A stretch of DNA of 64,000 bases from contig JACPAN010000004.1 in NCBI GenBank assembly GCA_016180815.1, positions 44,358-108,357 on the forward strand. The letters run 5' to 3'. This document shows, piece by piece, positions 47,806 through 58,780 of the stretch; within the stretch, counting starts at the first letter, position 1; each line of letters begins with the position of its first letter. The position numbers were made by a program, and so were the translations under genes. Origin of the DNA: Elusimicrobiota bacterium. Lineage in GTDB: Bacteria; Elusimicrobiota; Elusimicrobia; JACQPE01. Below the pieces are notes generated by a model. The model was not told the origin of the DNA, did no database searches, and was given only the letters and a program-made list of their open reading frames with translations.

Positions 47806-48865
47806 GGGTAATCTTGCCGCCGCCTAAAACCCGGACGTCATCGTAAAAAACCGCAAACTGGCCGGGCGTCGGCGCGCGCTGGGGTTCGTTGAAACGCACC
47901 ATCGCGGTTAAGCCGTCCCGCGCTTCGATCATCGCTTCAACAGCCGGGCTTTTGGAACGAATTTTGACCTGGGCCGGGATTCGGGACCCCGGCGCGTCTC
48001 CATGAACCCAGGAAATATCCGCGACTGAAATTTCGCTTCTCAACAGCTCGTCATCCGCGCCCACATAAACGGTTTTCTGCGCCGGATCGATGGCCGTCAC
48101 ATACAAAGGCTCGCCGACGGACACGCCGAGACCGCCGCGCTGGCCGATGGTGTAATTAAAGTAGCCCTGATGCCGGCCCAAAACCCGGCCCGAGCGTTGT
48201 TCAATAATCGGTCCGGCCTGATCGCTGTGATTGAGCAAATTCCGGTAATCCCCATCCGCCATCGCGCCCACGAAACAAATCTCCTGGCTTTCCGCCTTTT
48301 GCGCGGTGGGCAAACCAGCCTCCTCGGCGATGGCTCTGACCTCGGTTTTCTTTAAACCGCCCAATGGGAACAAAATCCGGCTCAGTTGATTGTCCTTAAG
48401 CATATAAAGGAAGTAGCTCTGATCTTTCCGCTCATCATGCGCCCGATATAAACTGAGGCTTTTCTCGTCCTCGTTTAAACCGATCCTGGCGTAATGGCCG
48501 GTGGCTACGGCATCGAAGCCCCAGGACTCGGCCAATTCCAACATGGGGCCGAATTTCATGGAACGGTTGCACTCGACGCAGGGATTCGGCGTTTCGCCCT
48601 CTTCATAGGAACGCTTAAAAACATCGATAACGCCTTTTTGGAAGGCTTCGGTTTCGTCAAGGGTATAGTGAGGAATGCCGATCATGCGCGCGCAGTCTTT
48701 GGCGTCATAAACGTCGCGCGGGCTGCCGCAGCAGCCGGGCCCCTCCTTGCTTAATTCAAAAAGTTTAAGCGTGGCCCCGACCACCTCATGGCCCTCTTTT
48801 TTCAACAGATACGCGGTCGCGGACGAATCCACCCCGCCGCTCATCAACGCTAAGACACGCATCAA
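47795..48865 (-). CDS. mnmA: tRNA-specific 2-thiouridylase MnmA
   Basis: PP-loop MSGGVDSS, the typical catalytic CVECN region and C-terminal domains. Confidence 0.9.
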   Translation of the reverse strand: MMRVLALMSGGVDSSATAYLLKKEGHEVVGATLKLFELSKEGPGCCGSPRDVYDAKDCARMIGIPHYTLDETEAFQKGVIDVFKRSYEEGETPNPCVECNRSMKFGPMLELAESWGFDAVATGHYARIGLNEDEKSLSLYRAHDERKDQSYFLYMLKDNQLSRILFPLGGLKKTEVRAIAEEAGLPTAQKAESQEICFVGAMADGDYRNLLNHSDQAGPIIEQRSGRVLGRHQGYFNYTIGQRGGLGVSVGEPLYVTAIDPAQKTVYVGADDELLRSEISVADISWVHGDAPGSRIPAQVKIRSKSPAVEAMIEARDGLTAMVRFNEPQRAPTPGQFAVFYDDVRVLGGGKITHAR

Positions 48866-48890
48866 CCAATTATAACCGGATCAGACGGGT

Positions 48891-51575
48891 TTATTTGGAA
48901 CGCAGCATCTGCCTTAAGACAGCCGGCAGGATGCCGCCGTTGGCGTAATAATCGACCTCGATGGGACTTTCGAGGCGCACGGTGACCGGGAAACTTGATG
49001 CCTTGCCGCTCTTGACCGCTTTGACGACAAGCTCCTGGCGCGGCTTAAGGCCGGATTTTATCCCCTCGATGGTAAATTCTTCTTCGCCGGTCAATCCCAG
49101 ATCGGCGGCTGAATCGCCTTTGTTAAATTGAAGCGGCAGCACGCCCATGCCCACCAAATTGCTTCTGTGGATGCGCTCATAGGTTTGCGCGATCACGGCT
49201 TTAACGCCCAAAAGCGCCGGGCCCTTGGCCGCCCAGTCGCGGGAGGAGCCGGAGCCGTATTCTTTTCCGGCCAGAATGACCGACGCAACGCCGTTGTTCT
49301 GGTAGCGCATAGCCGCGTCAAAAATCGACATCAATTCGCCCGAAGGTTGATGTTTGGTCCAGCCCCCTTCTTTGGGCGCCGCCATCAAATTTTTCAAGCG
49401 GATATTGGCGAAGGTTCCGCGCATCATCACCTCATGATTGCCGCGGCGGGCGCCGTAGCTGTTGAAATCTTTGGGCGCGGCGCCGCGCTCCACCAGGTAA
49501 CGTCCGGCCGGGCCGTCGGCGGCGATGGAGCCGGCCGGGGAAATATGATCGGTGGTCACCGAGTCGCCCACGATCGCCAAGGCGCGGGCCTTCAGGATAT
49601 CGCCCGGCGGCGAAGGTTTCAAACTGAACTCTTTGAAAAAAGGCGGCTCTTGGATGTAGGTCGAGGCCGGGTCCCAGGCGTACAAATCCCCTTCGGGCGC
49701 GGGGATTTCCCGCCAATGCTCATCCCCGTCGAAAACTTCGCCGTAGCGCTCGGTGAAGGTTTTAGCGTCCACAAATTTGGCGACGGCATCCTTGATTTCC
49801 GCAGGCGTCGGCCAGATATCTTTCAAATAAACCGGGGCTCCGTTTTTGTCCTTGCCCAAAGCGTCTTTCGTTAAATCGACGTTCATGCCCCCGGCTAAGG
49901 CATAGGCCACGACCAACGGCGGCGACGCGAGGTAACTCGCCTTGACCAAAGGATTGATCCGCCCTTCGAAATTTCTGTTGCCCGAGAGCACGGCCACGGC
50001 CACCAAATTTTCGTTCTTAATGGCCTTGGCGACATGCTCCGGCAAGGGGCCTGAGTTGCCGATGCAAGTCGTACAACCGTAACCCACCAAATGAAAATTG
50101 AGTTTTTCAAGATAGGGCAGAAGCCCGGATTTCTTCAAATACTCCGTGACCACGCGCGAACCGGGAGCCAAAGAGGTTTTCACATGGGGTTTGACCGAAA
50201 GGCCGCGTTCCACGGCCTTTTTAGCCAACAAGCCCGCGCCGATCATCACCGAAGGGTTCGACGTGTTGGTGCAGCTGGTAATGGCGGCGATGACCACCGA
50301 GCCGTCGGCGATCTGGCCTGAGCCTCCGTTGAGCGCGACTTTGCGCTGGCCCTTAGGCGCCGAGCCTTGGGGAAAAAACGTGGGGAAGGATTCGGCAAAA
50401 TTTTTCGTTGAAGCAGCGAGCGCGACACGATCGTGCGGACGCTTGGGCCCGGCCAGCGAGGGCTCGACCGTTCCCAAATCAAGCTCCATGGTTTCGGAAA
50501 AATCAAACTCCTGCCCCGTCCCCGCAAAAAGCCCCTGTTCTTTCAAATAGCGCTCGGCCAAGTCCGCGGCCTCGGACCGGCCCGTCATTTTAAGGTACCT
50601 TAATGTCTCGTTATCCGCCGGAAAAAATCCCACGGTGGCGCCGTACTCGGGCGCCATATTGGCGACCGTGGCCCGGTCGGCCAAGGACAGCGCGGCCAAG
50701 CCCGGACCGAAAAATTCAACGAATTTATTCACCACGCCTTTTTTGCGCAACATCTGCGTGGCGGTCAACACCAAATCCGTGGCCGTGGCTCCGGGCTTCA
50801 ACTCGCCGGTCAGTCTAAACCCGACGACTTCCGGCGCCAGCATATAAAGCGGCCGGCCCAGCATGGCGGCTTCGGCTTCGATGCCGCCCACCCCCCAGCC
50901 GAGAACGCCCAAGCCGTTGATCATGGTCGTGTGAGAATCGGTGCCGACCAACGTGTCGGGGAACGCCGTGGTCGCGCCGTTTTCTTTTTTCGTCAGCACA
51001 ACTTTGGCGAGGTACTCCAGATTCACCTGATGCACGATGCCGGTGCCCGGCGGAACGACCGAAAAATTATGAAAAGCCTTCTGCGCCCAGCGCAAAAAGG
51101 CATAGCGCTCCCTGTTTCTTTCATATTCAATGCGGACATTCGTCTCATAAGCCTCGGCGGTTCCGTAAACATCGACCTGCACCGAGTGATCGATGACCAG
51201 GTCGACGGGGACGAGCGGGTTGATGCGCTTGGGGTCGCCTCCTAATTTTTTGAACGCGGACCGCATGGCGCTTAAATCAACGACAGTGGGAACGCCGGTG
51301 AAGTCCTGCAGGATGACGCGGGCCGGGATAAATCCGACGTCGCCCGCGCCCGGGGATTGAGGGCTCCAACGGCCTAAAGACAGCACATCGTCTTCCTTGA
51401 TCAGGCGGCCATCGCAGTTTCTCAAAACGTTTTCGAGCAAAATACGGATGGAAACCGGGAGCCGGGTGAGATTTTTAACCCCCGCTTTCTCCAGCGCAGC
51501 CAAACGAAAATACGCGAGATCTCCGGCCGAAGTTTTAAGCGCCGCGCGGGAGCCGAAGGGATTATTATTGGCCAT
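48891..51575 (-). CDS. acnA: Aconitate hydratase A
   Basis: 894 aa. N-terminal [16 protein letters not shown], Fe-S cysteine ligands ([20 protein letters not shown]) and SGNRNFEGR. Confidence 0.95.
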   Translation of the reverse strand: MANNNPFGSRAALKTSAGDLAYFRLAALEKAGVKNLTRLPVSIRILLENVLRNCDGRLIKEDDVLSLGRWSPQSPGAGDVGFIPARVILQDFTGVPTVVDLSAMRSAFKKLGGDPKRINPLVPVDLVIDHSVQVDVYGTAEAYETNVRIEYERNRERYAFLRWAQKAFHNFSVVPPGTGIVHQVNLEYLAKVVLTKKENGATTAFPDTLVGTDSHTTMINGLGVLGWGVGGIEAEAAMLGRPLYMLAPEVVGFRLTGELKPGATATDLVLTATQMLRKKGVVNKFVEFFGPGLAALSLADRATVANMAPEYGATVGFFPADNETLRYLKMTGRSEAADLAERYLKEQGLFAGTGQEFDFSETMELDLGTVEPSLAGPKRPHDRVALAASTKNFAESFPTFFPQGSAPKGQRKVALNGGSGQIADGSVVIAAITSCTNTSNPSVMIGAGLLAKKAVERGLSVKPHVKTSLAPGSRVVTEYLKKSGLLPYLEKLNFHLVGYGCTTCIGNSGPLPEHVAKAIKNENLVAVAVLSGNRNFEGRINPLVKASYLASPPLVVAYALAGGMNVDLTKDALGKDKNGAPVYLKDIWPTPAEIKDAVAKFVDAKTFTERYGEVFDGDEHWREIPAPEGDLYAWDPASTYIQEPPFFKEFSLKPSPPGDILKARALAIVGDSVTTDHISPAGSIAADGPAGRYLVERGAAPKDFNSYGARRGNHEVMMRGTFANIRLKNLMAAPKEGGWTKHQPSGELMSIFDAAMRYQNNGVASVILAGKEYGSGSSRDWAAKGPALLGVKAVIAQTYERIHRSNLVGMGVLPLQFNKGDSAADLGLTGEEEFTIEGIKSGLKPRQELVVKAVKSGKASSFPVTVRLESPIEVDYYANGGILPAVLRQMLRSK

Positions 51576-51610
51576 GGATTTCCTTTTTATTGTAACAATC
51601 CCTTGAGGGC

Positions 51611-52414
51611 CTAGGGGCCGATCAGCAAATCAACATGCGCCGCGCGTTTAGCGAATTCGATGCGGATGGATTCGGCCAGTTTCTTGTTAATGGATTTCGG
51701 CAGCTGCATGGTCAGCACCTCGCCCGGGTAAAGGCCCCGGAACCTTTTGAGAAAATCGGGCGCATTAAGAATTTTCCGATCCGAATGAACGACGTCGACG
51801 TCCCGAATGCGGCCGTTGGGATCGGCCGATAAGAAAAAAATGTGCATTTCCGCGCCTTTGGAGCTTGTTTCGCGCAGGCTCACATAGCACGATCCGCCCA
51901 CGACCCCATCGCGGCCCTTGGCCAGGAAAACGACCCCATAATGGTCGATATCCTCGATGTTTTTGGCGCCCGCGATTTTCTCAAGCTGATTCATTTGAAT
52001 GGCCGACAATTTCTTCTCAAACGTCGAGAACGCAACGGCTTGCGGAAAAACCAGGGCCATGGATTTTAGCGGCGGCTTGATCGGCACGATTTCCAACAGC
52101 CAGAGCCCGGGGTCTTCCGGCGTGCTCGAGGCGTCGCCGGGATTGGACTTGGCCTCGATTTCCCGATTGGTCGCAAAACCGTCTTTATCGACGTCGATTT
52201 TTTCCAAATTCTTCATGGTGTCCGACGACGCCCCCAACGCAAGGATGGCGTCGCCGTAATGATTCAAACTCCAGTCATTCTGCAGGTGGCAAAGGGTGCA
52301 ATTGACGCGGTAACCGTATTTCGATTCATAAAGACTCTCAAAGGGAGGAATGCCCCAAGAGAACACCGGAGCGAACACGAGCAAGAAAAACCAAACCCTG
52401 CCCGCAGCCGTCAT
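51611..52414 (-). CDS. Secreted hypothetical protein with a CxxCH motif and a possible FMN-binding-like C-terminal domain
   Basis: Signal peptide. NCTLCH is a potential heme-c site. [43 protein letters not shown] resembles FMN_bind domains. The assignment is weak. Confidence 0.4.
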   Translation of the reverse strand: MTAAGRVWFFLLVFAPVFSWGIPPFESLYESKYGYRVNCTLCHLQNDWSLNHYGDAILALGASSDTMKNLEKIDVDKDGFATNREIEAKSNPGDASSTPEDPGLWLLEIVPIKPPLKSMALVFPQAVAFSTFEKKLSAIQMNQLEKIAGAKNIEDIDHYGVVFLAKGRDGVVGGSCYVSLRETSSKGAEMHIFFLSADPNGRIRDVDVVHSDRKILNAPDFLKRFRGLYPGEVLTMQLPKSINKKLAESIRIEFAKRAAHVDLLIGP

Positions 52415-52869
52415 GGAAGCGCCTTAAATTCCACCGGTTCGTTGAAACGATCCACAACCTTAATGTGATAGGGGCTGGTGACGGCCTGAATCACAAAGGC
52501 GTCCCCGGACGGTTTAATTTCCTTAAACCGGACCAGCGCCTTCTTTTTTTTCCTCTCGACGCGAACGATTTCCACGCCCCAGCCGCCCGTGTTTTTGGTT
52601 CCCAAAAACGAGGCCAAGACCATTTTCTTTTCGAAATCCACGACCGGCAAAGCGTCCTGACGGATGCGCGTCCAATAATTTTTCCAGGTTTCGGAATCCC
52701 GGATCACATGATGGCCGCCTTCAGGCAAGCCGCCGAACGATTCTTTCCATTCCATAATCTGCGCCTGTTTCTCCTTATTCTTGCCCGTCGCCGAAGCCTT
52801 GGATTGCGCCGAAACATCCGCAGCGATCAACCCAAAACCTAGCGCTAAAACAAAAACCGCAACACTCAC
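52411..52869 (-). CDS. Small secreted hypothetical protein
   Basis: Signal peptide MSVAVFVLALGFGLIAADVSA. There is a 4-nt overlap with both neighbours, indicating translational coupling. Confidence 0.5.
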   Translation of the reverse strand: MSVAVFVLALGFGLIAADVSAQSKASATGKNKEKQAQIMEWKESFGGLPEGGHHVIRDSETWKNYWTRIRQDALPVVDFEKKMVLASFLGTKNTGGWGVEIVRVERKKKKALVRFKEIKPSGDAFVIQAVTSPYHIKVVDRFNEPVEFKALP

Positions 52870-54269
52870 TTGGCATTTCCTCCCACCAAGAGTTTATCAA
52901 TCAAAATCGTCGGCAGGCCATCGGACACGGGCACGCGTTGGCCCCCTTTGCCGCAGGTGCCGACCGCCCAGCCCAAATCCCGGCCGATACGGCTGATGCG
53001 CCGCAACGCCTCGGGGCCGCCGCCCAATAAATTGGCGTCGCGGATCATCCCGGCCAAACGCCCGTTCTTGATGCGCCAACCCTCCTCGACTTCGAACATG
53101 AATTGACCGGTCGCGGTGTCCACCTCTCCGCCGCCCATGCGGGTTACCAGCATCCCATCGGCGACGGCGCCGATGATTTGCTCAGGGTTGTCGGCGCCCG
53201 GCTTTAGGAAAAGATTGGACATGCGCGGCAGGGGGCGGTTGCCCGGCGCTTCGCGCCGGCCATGGCCGTTGGAAGCGCGCCCGGCGCGAAAACCGCCCGC
53301 GCGATCAAAAAGAAAATCCTTGAGGATGCCGTCCTCAACCAGAATCGTAGGCCGGGCCGCCACCCCTTCATCATCGAAACGATAGGAGCCCCGCGCCCCC
53401 GGAAGCGTCGGGTCATCCACGATGGTCACCCCCGCAGCCGCCACGCGGCGCCCCAACCGACCCGCAAAATAAGGGCTGGCGCCATCTAAGACCGCATCCG
53501 CTTCAAGGGCATGGCCGACGGCTTCATGCAAAAAAGTTCCGCCCGCTGAAGACGCGATCACAATCGGAAATTCGCCGGCCGGCGCGGGCGAAGCCTCCAG
53601 TTTGCCCAAAGCGCGGCGCACGACCATGTCCGCCAAGGCCCCGAGATCGGCACGTTCGATCAATTCCCATCCGCCCGCGCCGCCGATGGACTCATAAGCT
53701 CCCTGACGCATCCGCCCGGATTCAGCCAGCACATAAAGGCTCAAATTCACCAACATTTTTTCCTCACCGATGAGCGTTCCCTCGCTTGTCCACTGAACGA
53801 CCGTGGTTTGAGCCTCGGCATAATGGGCCGTCACCTGGCGCAGGTTTGGACCGCCCAAGACGCGCATCCTGCGGTCAAGATCGAGAAGAAAACGAACTTT
53901 GCCATCGAGGGTTTGGCCGGCCACGGAATCAGCCGCCTCATGGCGAAACCATTGCAGATCCGGCAGAGGCCGCGACAATTGTTTTTTGCGCGACGCTCGG
54001 AATAATTCCCGGTCGATCAAAGCGGCCAAAGTTTTGGGGTGCGCGTCCGACGCGCTGAATAAAAGCGTCGGGCCTTTTGGGGTTTTCAGGCAGCGCCAAG
54101 CCGCTTCACGATCTTGCGTTTGGGCCGCCTGCTCGATGGCTCCGGACTCAAGCCTAACGACGAGCGAGCGGCTCTCTTGCCAATGAATATCTCCGTAACA
54201 AGCCCCCTTAGGCAAATAGCGCCAAAGAATATCCCAAAAGGATCGCCGGTCTGATTCCGCCGGCGTCAA
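52866..54269 (-). CDS. tldD: TldD-type metallopeptidase (peptidase U62 with HExxxH)
   Basis: GGTFLHEAVGHALEAD carries the TldD-specific HExxxH zinc motif. Length and Gly-rich C-terminal blocks fit TldD/PmbA. Confidence 0.8.
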   Translation of the reverse strand: MTPAESDRRSFWDILWRYLPKGACYGDIHWQESRSLVVRLESGAIEQAAQTQDREAAWRCLKTPKGPTLLFSASDAHPKTLAALIDRELFRASRKKQLSRPLPDLQWFRHEAADSVAGQTLDGKVRFLLDLDRRMRVLGGPNLRQVTAHYAEAQTTVVQWTSEGTLIGEEKMLVNLSLYVLAESGRMRQGAYESIGGAGGWELIERADLGALADMVVRRALGKLEASPAPAGEFPIVIASSAGGTFLHEAVGHALEADAVLDGASPYFAGRLGRRVAAAGVTIVDDPTLPGARGSYRFDDEGVAARPTILVEDGILKDFLFDRAGGFRAGRASNGHGRREAPGNRPLPRMSNLFLKPGADNPEQIIGAVADGMLVTRMGGGEVDTATGQFMFEVEEGWRIKNGRLAGMIRDANLLGGGPEALRRISRIGRDLGWAVGTCGKGGQRVPVSDGLPTILIDKLLVGGNAK

Positions 54270-55834
54270 ACGCCGTCCTGCGCTTTGGGCAAAGTGACGG
54301 TGAAGGTCGTCCCTTCGCCGACTCGGCTGATCAACTCGATGCTGCCTCGATGCAAATCAATCACTTTTTTGACGAACGCCAAACCCAGGCCCATGCCGCG
54401 CACTTGACCGGTGAAATCCTGTTCGATTTGACGAAATCCGCGAAAAACCCGATCCCGCTCCTCCGGCGGAATACCGGGGCCGTTGTCTTCGACGCTCAGG
54501 AGCACCGCATTGGCCTCGCAGCGGACGCCTAATTTCAAAACTTTGCCGCTTTTCGTGTTGAAGCGGATGGCATTTTCCATCAAGTTTTTGATCATGTCGA
54601 TGAGCATCACCGTATCGCCCATGATCTGGGCCTGAGGATCGAAATTTTTGACCACGGAAACGCCGTCGCCCTCGATCAAAATAGCGACTTTGCTCAAGGC
54701 GTCTTCGACCAAGCGCGAAGCCAATGACTTGTTTTGAGCCAGCTTGGTGTCCCTGGTAAAACCGGCGACCGTCGTGAACCGCAGCAAATCCTCAATGAGA
54801 TAGGCCAGATGCCGGCTCTCCTTGTCGATCGCGTCTAAGGCGCGCCTATTATGCTCCGAAAGCTTATTTGCCTCTTCTTTAATGAACGGCAGATAGCCGG
54901 TGATCGCGACCAACGGCGTTCTTAGCTTATGCGAAATCACCGAAAGGAAATTTCTCTGCAACATTTCCTCGCGGCGCACGTCGGTGACGTCGCGAAAGAT
55001 GAAAATCATTTGATTTTCTTCGCCGTCGGGACCCGCCAAACGCGCCCAGGAACCGGAAAGAATGAGCAGCACGGGTTTGGCCCGTTGGATTTCAAGATGA
55101 CCGCTTTTGGCCGGGCTGGCCAACAAGCCGTTGGGCTCGGGGTCCCAAATGTAGCCCTGAGGGTCGAAATCGCTCAAATGCTGAATATTCAAATCCTTGA
55201 ACCAGGCGGCCGCTTTGTTGTTCATGCGCAGGATTTCGCCTTCGGACGTCACCAGCATGGCGCCGTCGGCCATTTTATTGAACGTTTCCTCGATGGTTTG
55301 TTTTTCCGAGCGCAGGCTGGAAAACAAGCGGGCGTTTTCGATGGCCACCGCGGCTTGGCTGGCGAAGGCCTCGAACAGGCGCAATTCCGCCGCCGTGAAG
55401 TCCGAGCCCTCCGCCTTGTTGATCGCCTCGACAACGCCGATGATCTTGCCCTTGACTTGCAGGGGACAGGCCATCATCCGGCGCGTTTCAAAACCCGAAG
55501 AGCCGCCGGGGCCGCCTTTCCAACGCTGGTCTTTGCTGACATCGTTGACGATGACGGATTTTCCTTCCTGGGCGACCCAGCCGGCGATGCCTTGTCCCAG
55601 CGGAATACGGATGCCTTTGATCTCTTCCCCGGCCCCGCCCACGGCGACGTCGAAATAAAGCTCTTTTTTCTTCTCGTCAAGCAGCAAGACCGAACTGGCC
55701 TCCACCTTCATGACGCGACCGGCCAAATCCATAATGGAATACAGCAGCTCCGCGATATCGAGTTTGGAAGAGAGAAGACGATTGGTTTCTAAAAGAAGTT
55801 CTAAGTCGTCGGCCGTGATTTCCGGATTAGGCAT
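54266..55834 (-). CDS. Cytoplasmic sensor histidine kinase (GAF-PAS-HisKA-HATPase_c)
   Basis: No TM segments. H-box FLSVISHKLRTPL. N-box and G-boxes MENAIRFN, VEDNGPGIPPEERDRVF and GMGLGLAFVKKVIDLHRGSI. Confidence 0.85.
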   Translation of the reverse strand: MPNPEITADDLELLLETNRLLSSKLDIAELLYSIMDLAGRVMKVEASSVLLLDEKKKELYFDVAVGGAGEEIKGIRIPLGQGIAGWVAQEGKSVIVNDVSKDQRWKGGPGGSSGFETRRMMACPLQVKGKIIGVVEAINKAEGSDFTAAELRLFEAFASQAAVAIENARLFSSLRSEKQTIEETFNKMADGAMLVTSEGEILRMNNKAAAWFKDLNIQHLSDFDPQGYIWDPEPNGLLASPAKSGHLEIQRAKPVLLILSGSWARLAGPDGEENQMIFIFRDVTDVRREEMLQRNFLSVISHKLRTPLVAITGYLPFIKEEANKLSEHNRRALDAIDKESRHLAYLIEDLLRFTTVAGFTRDTKLAQNKSLASRLVEDALSKVAILIEGDGVSVVKNFDPQAQIMGDTVMLIDMIKNLMENAIRFNTKSGKVLKLGVRCEANAVLLSVEDNGPGIPPEERDRVFRGFRQIEQDFTGQVRGMGLGLAFVKKVIDLHRGSIELISRVGEGTTFTVTLPKAQDGV

Positions 55835-55875
55835 GGATACTTAAAGGTTAAGCTTTGAAAAGCCTTTCGTCAAGG

Positions 55876-56556
55876 CTATTTTTTGACAAGGTCCCGCCAG
55901 CCCGGCGTCTCATACTCTTCGGGAAAAAACTCACGGTAGTTTGCGGGGGCTTCCTGGCGTCCTAAAATTTCGATTTCTTCAACGCCTTTTAAGCCCGCGG
56001 CATTGGCCTCATCCGTGTCCAAATGAAATTCGAGGCAATACCAGGGCGCCGCGCGCACCCAAACGTACTCAAAAATAACTTCGCGTCCCGACCCGTCGCC
56101 GGCTTTGATGCGGACAAAATCATTGGGGCCCAATCCCAACGAGCGAGCCTCCTCAGCGCTCATGTGGATATGGCGCCAAGCCACAATGCAGCCTTCTTTG
56201 AGCTCGAGCGTGCCTGCCGGACCAACCAAAATAATCGCGGCTGAGCCGGCCACATCCCCGGACTTCCTCAACGGAGCTTTAATGCCCAGGGCAATGGCGT
56301 CCGTCCTGGTCACCTCAACCTGGGTTACCGGGCGCCACGGATGCACGACGCGGGCATGTTCGATTTCCCCTTTGGGACCGATTAATTTGACCGTTTCCCA
56401 TCCGGCGAAATAACCGGGCTGGCGCACGCCTTTCAAGCGGCGGGGCTTGGCTTGGGCGCCGAAAAGAAGCCCGAAATGTTCCTGAGTCAGATGCACGTGG
56501 CGCGGATCGATGCCCACGGGCGCTTTACCGGTCAACGCTTGTTCCTGTGCGGGCAT
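55876..56556 (-). CDS. pduL: Phosphate propanoyltransferase PduL-type phosphotransacylase
   Basis: LIGPKGEIEHARVV, TQVEVTRTDA, VAWRHIHMS and EFHLDTDEANAAGL match conserved PduL (PF06130) blocks. Confidence 0.85.
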   Translation of the reverse strand: MPAQEQALTGKAPVGIDPRHVHLTQEHFGLLFGAQAKPRRLKGVRQPGYFAGWETVKLIGPKGEIEHARVVHPWRPVTQVEVTRTDAIALGIKAPLRKSGDVAGSAAIILVGPAGTLELKEGCIVAWRHIHMSAEEARSLGLGPNDFVRIKAGDGSGREVIFEYVWVRAAPWYCLEFHLDTDEANAAGLKGVEEIEILGRQEAPANYREFFPEEYETPGWRDLVKK

Positions 56557-56557
56557 T

Positions 56558-57334
56558 TTATTTTCCCGTTAAAATTTCGATTAATCTTAAAAATTTTTGA
56601 GAATCAAGGCTGGCCCCTCCGACCAAGCCCCCGTCCACATCCGGGCCGTTGGCCAGCGAAGAAAAATTTTCGGGCGTCACCGAGCCCCCGTAAAGCAGGC
56701 GCATGCCCTCGGCGCGCTCCGCGCCCCAATGGCGGCGCGCGGTCTCGCGCAAAAAATGATGGACTTCCTGGGCTTGCTCCGGCGCGGCGTTTTTGCCGGT
56801 GCCGATGGCCCAAACAGGCTCATAAGCCAGCACAAACGACGAAGGATCGGGCACGAGCTCGGCCGGAACATCCCTTAAAACGGACATTTGCTCCTCCAAG
56901 ACCTTAAAGGTGCGCCCCTCTTCCCGCTCTTGGAGCCGTTCGCCGACGCAGAAAATGGGGATTAATCCCGCCTTAAGCGCGGCCAACAATTTTTTGGTGA
57001 GCATCTCGTTGGTTTCATGGAAATACTGCCGCCGCTCCGAATGCCCGATAATGACATAGCGCGCCTTCAAATCTTTGAGCATCGCCGGCGAAACGCATCC
57101 GGTAAACGCCCCCTTGTCCTCCCAATGACCATCCTGAGCGCCTACGGCGATACCGGCCGGCAATAAATGATCCAGCGACAGAGCCGTGATATGCACGAAC
57201 ACCGGGCAAATCACGATATCGACATGGCCGATGGTTCCATGGGGAAGCTTGCGCTTGAACTCCTGGGCGAATTCCCGGACCTCCTCCAAGGTTTTGTTCA
57301 TTTTCCAGTTAGCGGCCAGCAATGGTTTGCGCAT
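56558..57334 (-). CDS. tpiA: Triosephosphate isomerase
   Basis: LLAANWKMNKT, IIGHSERR and AYEPVWAIGTG signatures. Confidence 0.95.
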   Translation of the reverse strand: MRKPLLAANWKMNKTLEEVREFAQEFKRKLPHGTIGHVDIVICPVFVHITALSLDHLLPAGIAVGAQDGHWEDKGAFTGCVSPAMLKDLKARYVIIGHSERRQYFHETNEMLTKKLLAALKAGLIPIFCVGERLQEREEGRTFKVLEEQMSVLRDVPAELVPDPSSFVLAYEPVWAIGTGKNAAPEQAQEVHHFLRETARRHWGAERAEGMRLLYGGSVTPENFSSLANGPDVDGGLVGGASLDSQKFLRLIEILTGK

Positions 57335-57401
57335 TGTTTTCTCCTCTTTCGCAGAGCTCCGAGGACGCTGGCCCGCCCTAGGCGGGACCCCTGCAGTCCT
57401 C

Positions 57402-57971
57402 TCAACCGGTAAACGGCAATATCCATTCGCCGTATTTCCCCGGCGAATAATTTTCTTTATACGAACTTTTTGAGGACCGGCGCGCGCGGATTGCCCAGAT
57501 GCCGGCCTTGCGGCACTCCTCCATATCCGAATCCGAATCCCCGATGAAACACAGATAACGGTGGCGCTTCATGACCAACGCCTTGTCACGGGTGAAGATG
57601 AAGCCGTCATGCAGCCAGTCCCACTTGGCGACCAGCTCATCGGCATCAACCGGCAAACGCACGGTGATGATGACGATGTCGAAACCAAACGCCTTGGCCA
57701 GCGCCATCCAGCACGTCACGCCCCAGCGGGGTTCTTCAAGGTGATGATTGCTGTTGACGATCTGCCAGAATTCAGGGCTCATGGGTTTGATGCCCTGCTC
57801 ATTGACGGCCGCGAATGCTTTGCTGAACGCGGGCGTGGAAAACGACAATGTGTCGTCGTAATCGAGCCCGATTTTGATATTAAATCCCGCCACCAAAAAA
57901 TGAACGGCTGCGAATGCAACGAACACTCTAAGCGCCGTCGACGCCCACGAGGACGAGGGGGTCTCCGCCAT
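57402..57971 (-). CDS. Class B acid phosphatase-like HAD hydrolase (AphA-like), secreted
   Basis: Signal peptide, then GLDYDDTLSFSTP (compare AphA FDIDDTVLFSSP) and a C-terminal IGDSDSD block. Confidence 0.6.
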   Translation of the reverse strand: MAETPSSSWASTALRVFVAFAAVHFLVAGFNIKIGLDYDDTLSFSTPAFSKAFAAVNEQGIKPMSPEFWQIVNSNHHLEEPRWGVTCWMALAKAFGFDIVIITVRLPVDADELVAKWDWLHDGFIFTRDKALVMKRHRYLCFIGDSDSDMEECRKAGIWAIRARRSSKSSYKENYSPGKYGEWILPFTG

Positions 57972-57976
57972 CAGGC

Positions 57977-58780
57977 TTACAACAGCGCAGCCATGACGCC
58001 GGCGACGGCCAAAGCCACCCAAAAGTCACGGGCCGGCTTAAACGTTTCGTTGATCGCGGCGCGATTGGCCGAAACTTGAATATCGAAGCCCAATTCCTTG
58101 GATTCCACCCGCGCGGAAAAAAAACGCGCCATGACGGTTTTCAGCGGATCCGGGCTTGTTTTATGCGCCAGGAGCTTGCCTTGCCGGTCGCGCAGTTCCA
58201 AATCGAAACGATGGCCCAAAAGTTCCTGGGCGGTGGCGGTCGGGGGTTTTAAAAAATCCCATAAATTGACTCTGGCCAGGATGAAACCGCCTTCGCGGCC
58301 GTCCAAGGGATAGCTTAAATGAAACACGGGGATTTTATCGGGCCCGTATTCAAGCGGAGAAACCACGACCTGGCCCTTCTCGTGCGCCGCGAACAGCGGG
58401 CTGCTTTTCAACGACCCGTTCGACGCTTTTTCCGCGATGCCGTTGCTGGAGCGGATTAAGGTCAAGGAACCCTCACCGCTGGGAGCGATCAAGGAAATTT
58501 CCTCAAGCCATGGACTGACCCTGAGCAGGCTTCCCAAGGCCTTGGTCGCCTGAGGCCCGGACTGATTCGACCAGGCTCCCATCGCCTGGGCCGACATGGC
58601 CAGGTGCTCCTCGATCATGTTCAGGCGCAGCGTCAAAACTTTTTCCGTGAACACCGCCAATTCGTCGACGCGCCGGCGCAAGTCGATGATTTTCCAAGCC
58701 GTGCCCACGGCCAGGAGGCAGACGGCGACCAGTAGAAACCGTTTGATGCCGGTGAAAAACTTGACGATTTTTTCTTTCAC
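57977..58780 (-). CDS. Hypothetical membrane-anchored periplasmic protein
   Basis: N-terminal TM FLLVAVCLLAVGTAW and C-terminal TM. No domain recognised. Confidence 0.4.
   Translation of the reverse strand: MKEKIVKFFTGIKRFLLVAVCLLAVGTAWKIIDLRRRVDELAVFTEKVLTLRLNMIEEHLAMSAQAMGAWSNQSGPQATKALGSLLRVSPWLEEISLIAPSGEGSLTLIRSSNGIAEKASNGSLKSSPLFAAHEKGQVVVSPLEYGPDKIPVFHLSYPLDGREGGFILARVNLWDFLKPPTATAQELLGHRFDLELRDRQGKLLAHKTSPDPLKTVMARFFSARVESKELGFDIQVSANRAAINETFKPARDFWVALAVAGVMAALL

Noticed and set aside
49128-49874. 248-aa plus-strand ORF inside acnA, and many similar 60-250-aa antisense ORFs (6420..7184, 16619..17182, 23923..24474, 54929..55792, 57561..58079, 59401..59955 and others)
   Set aside because: High-GC genomes generate long spurious antisense ORFs. 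Each lies within a confidently assigned gene on the opposite strand.
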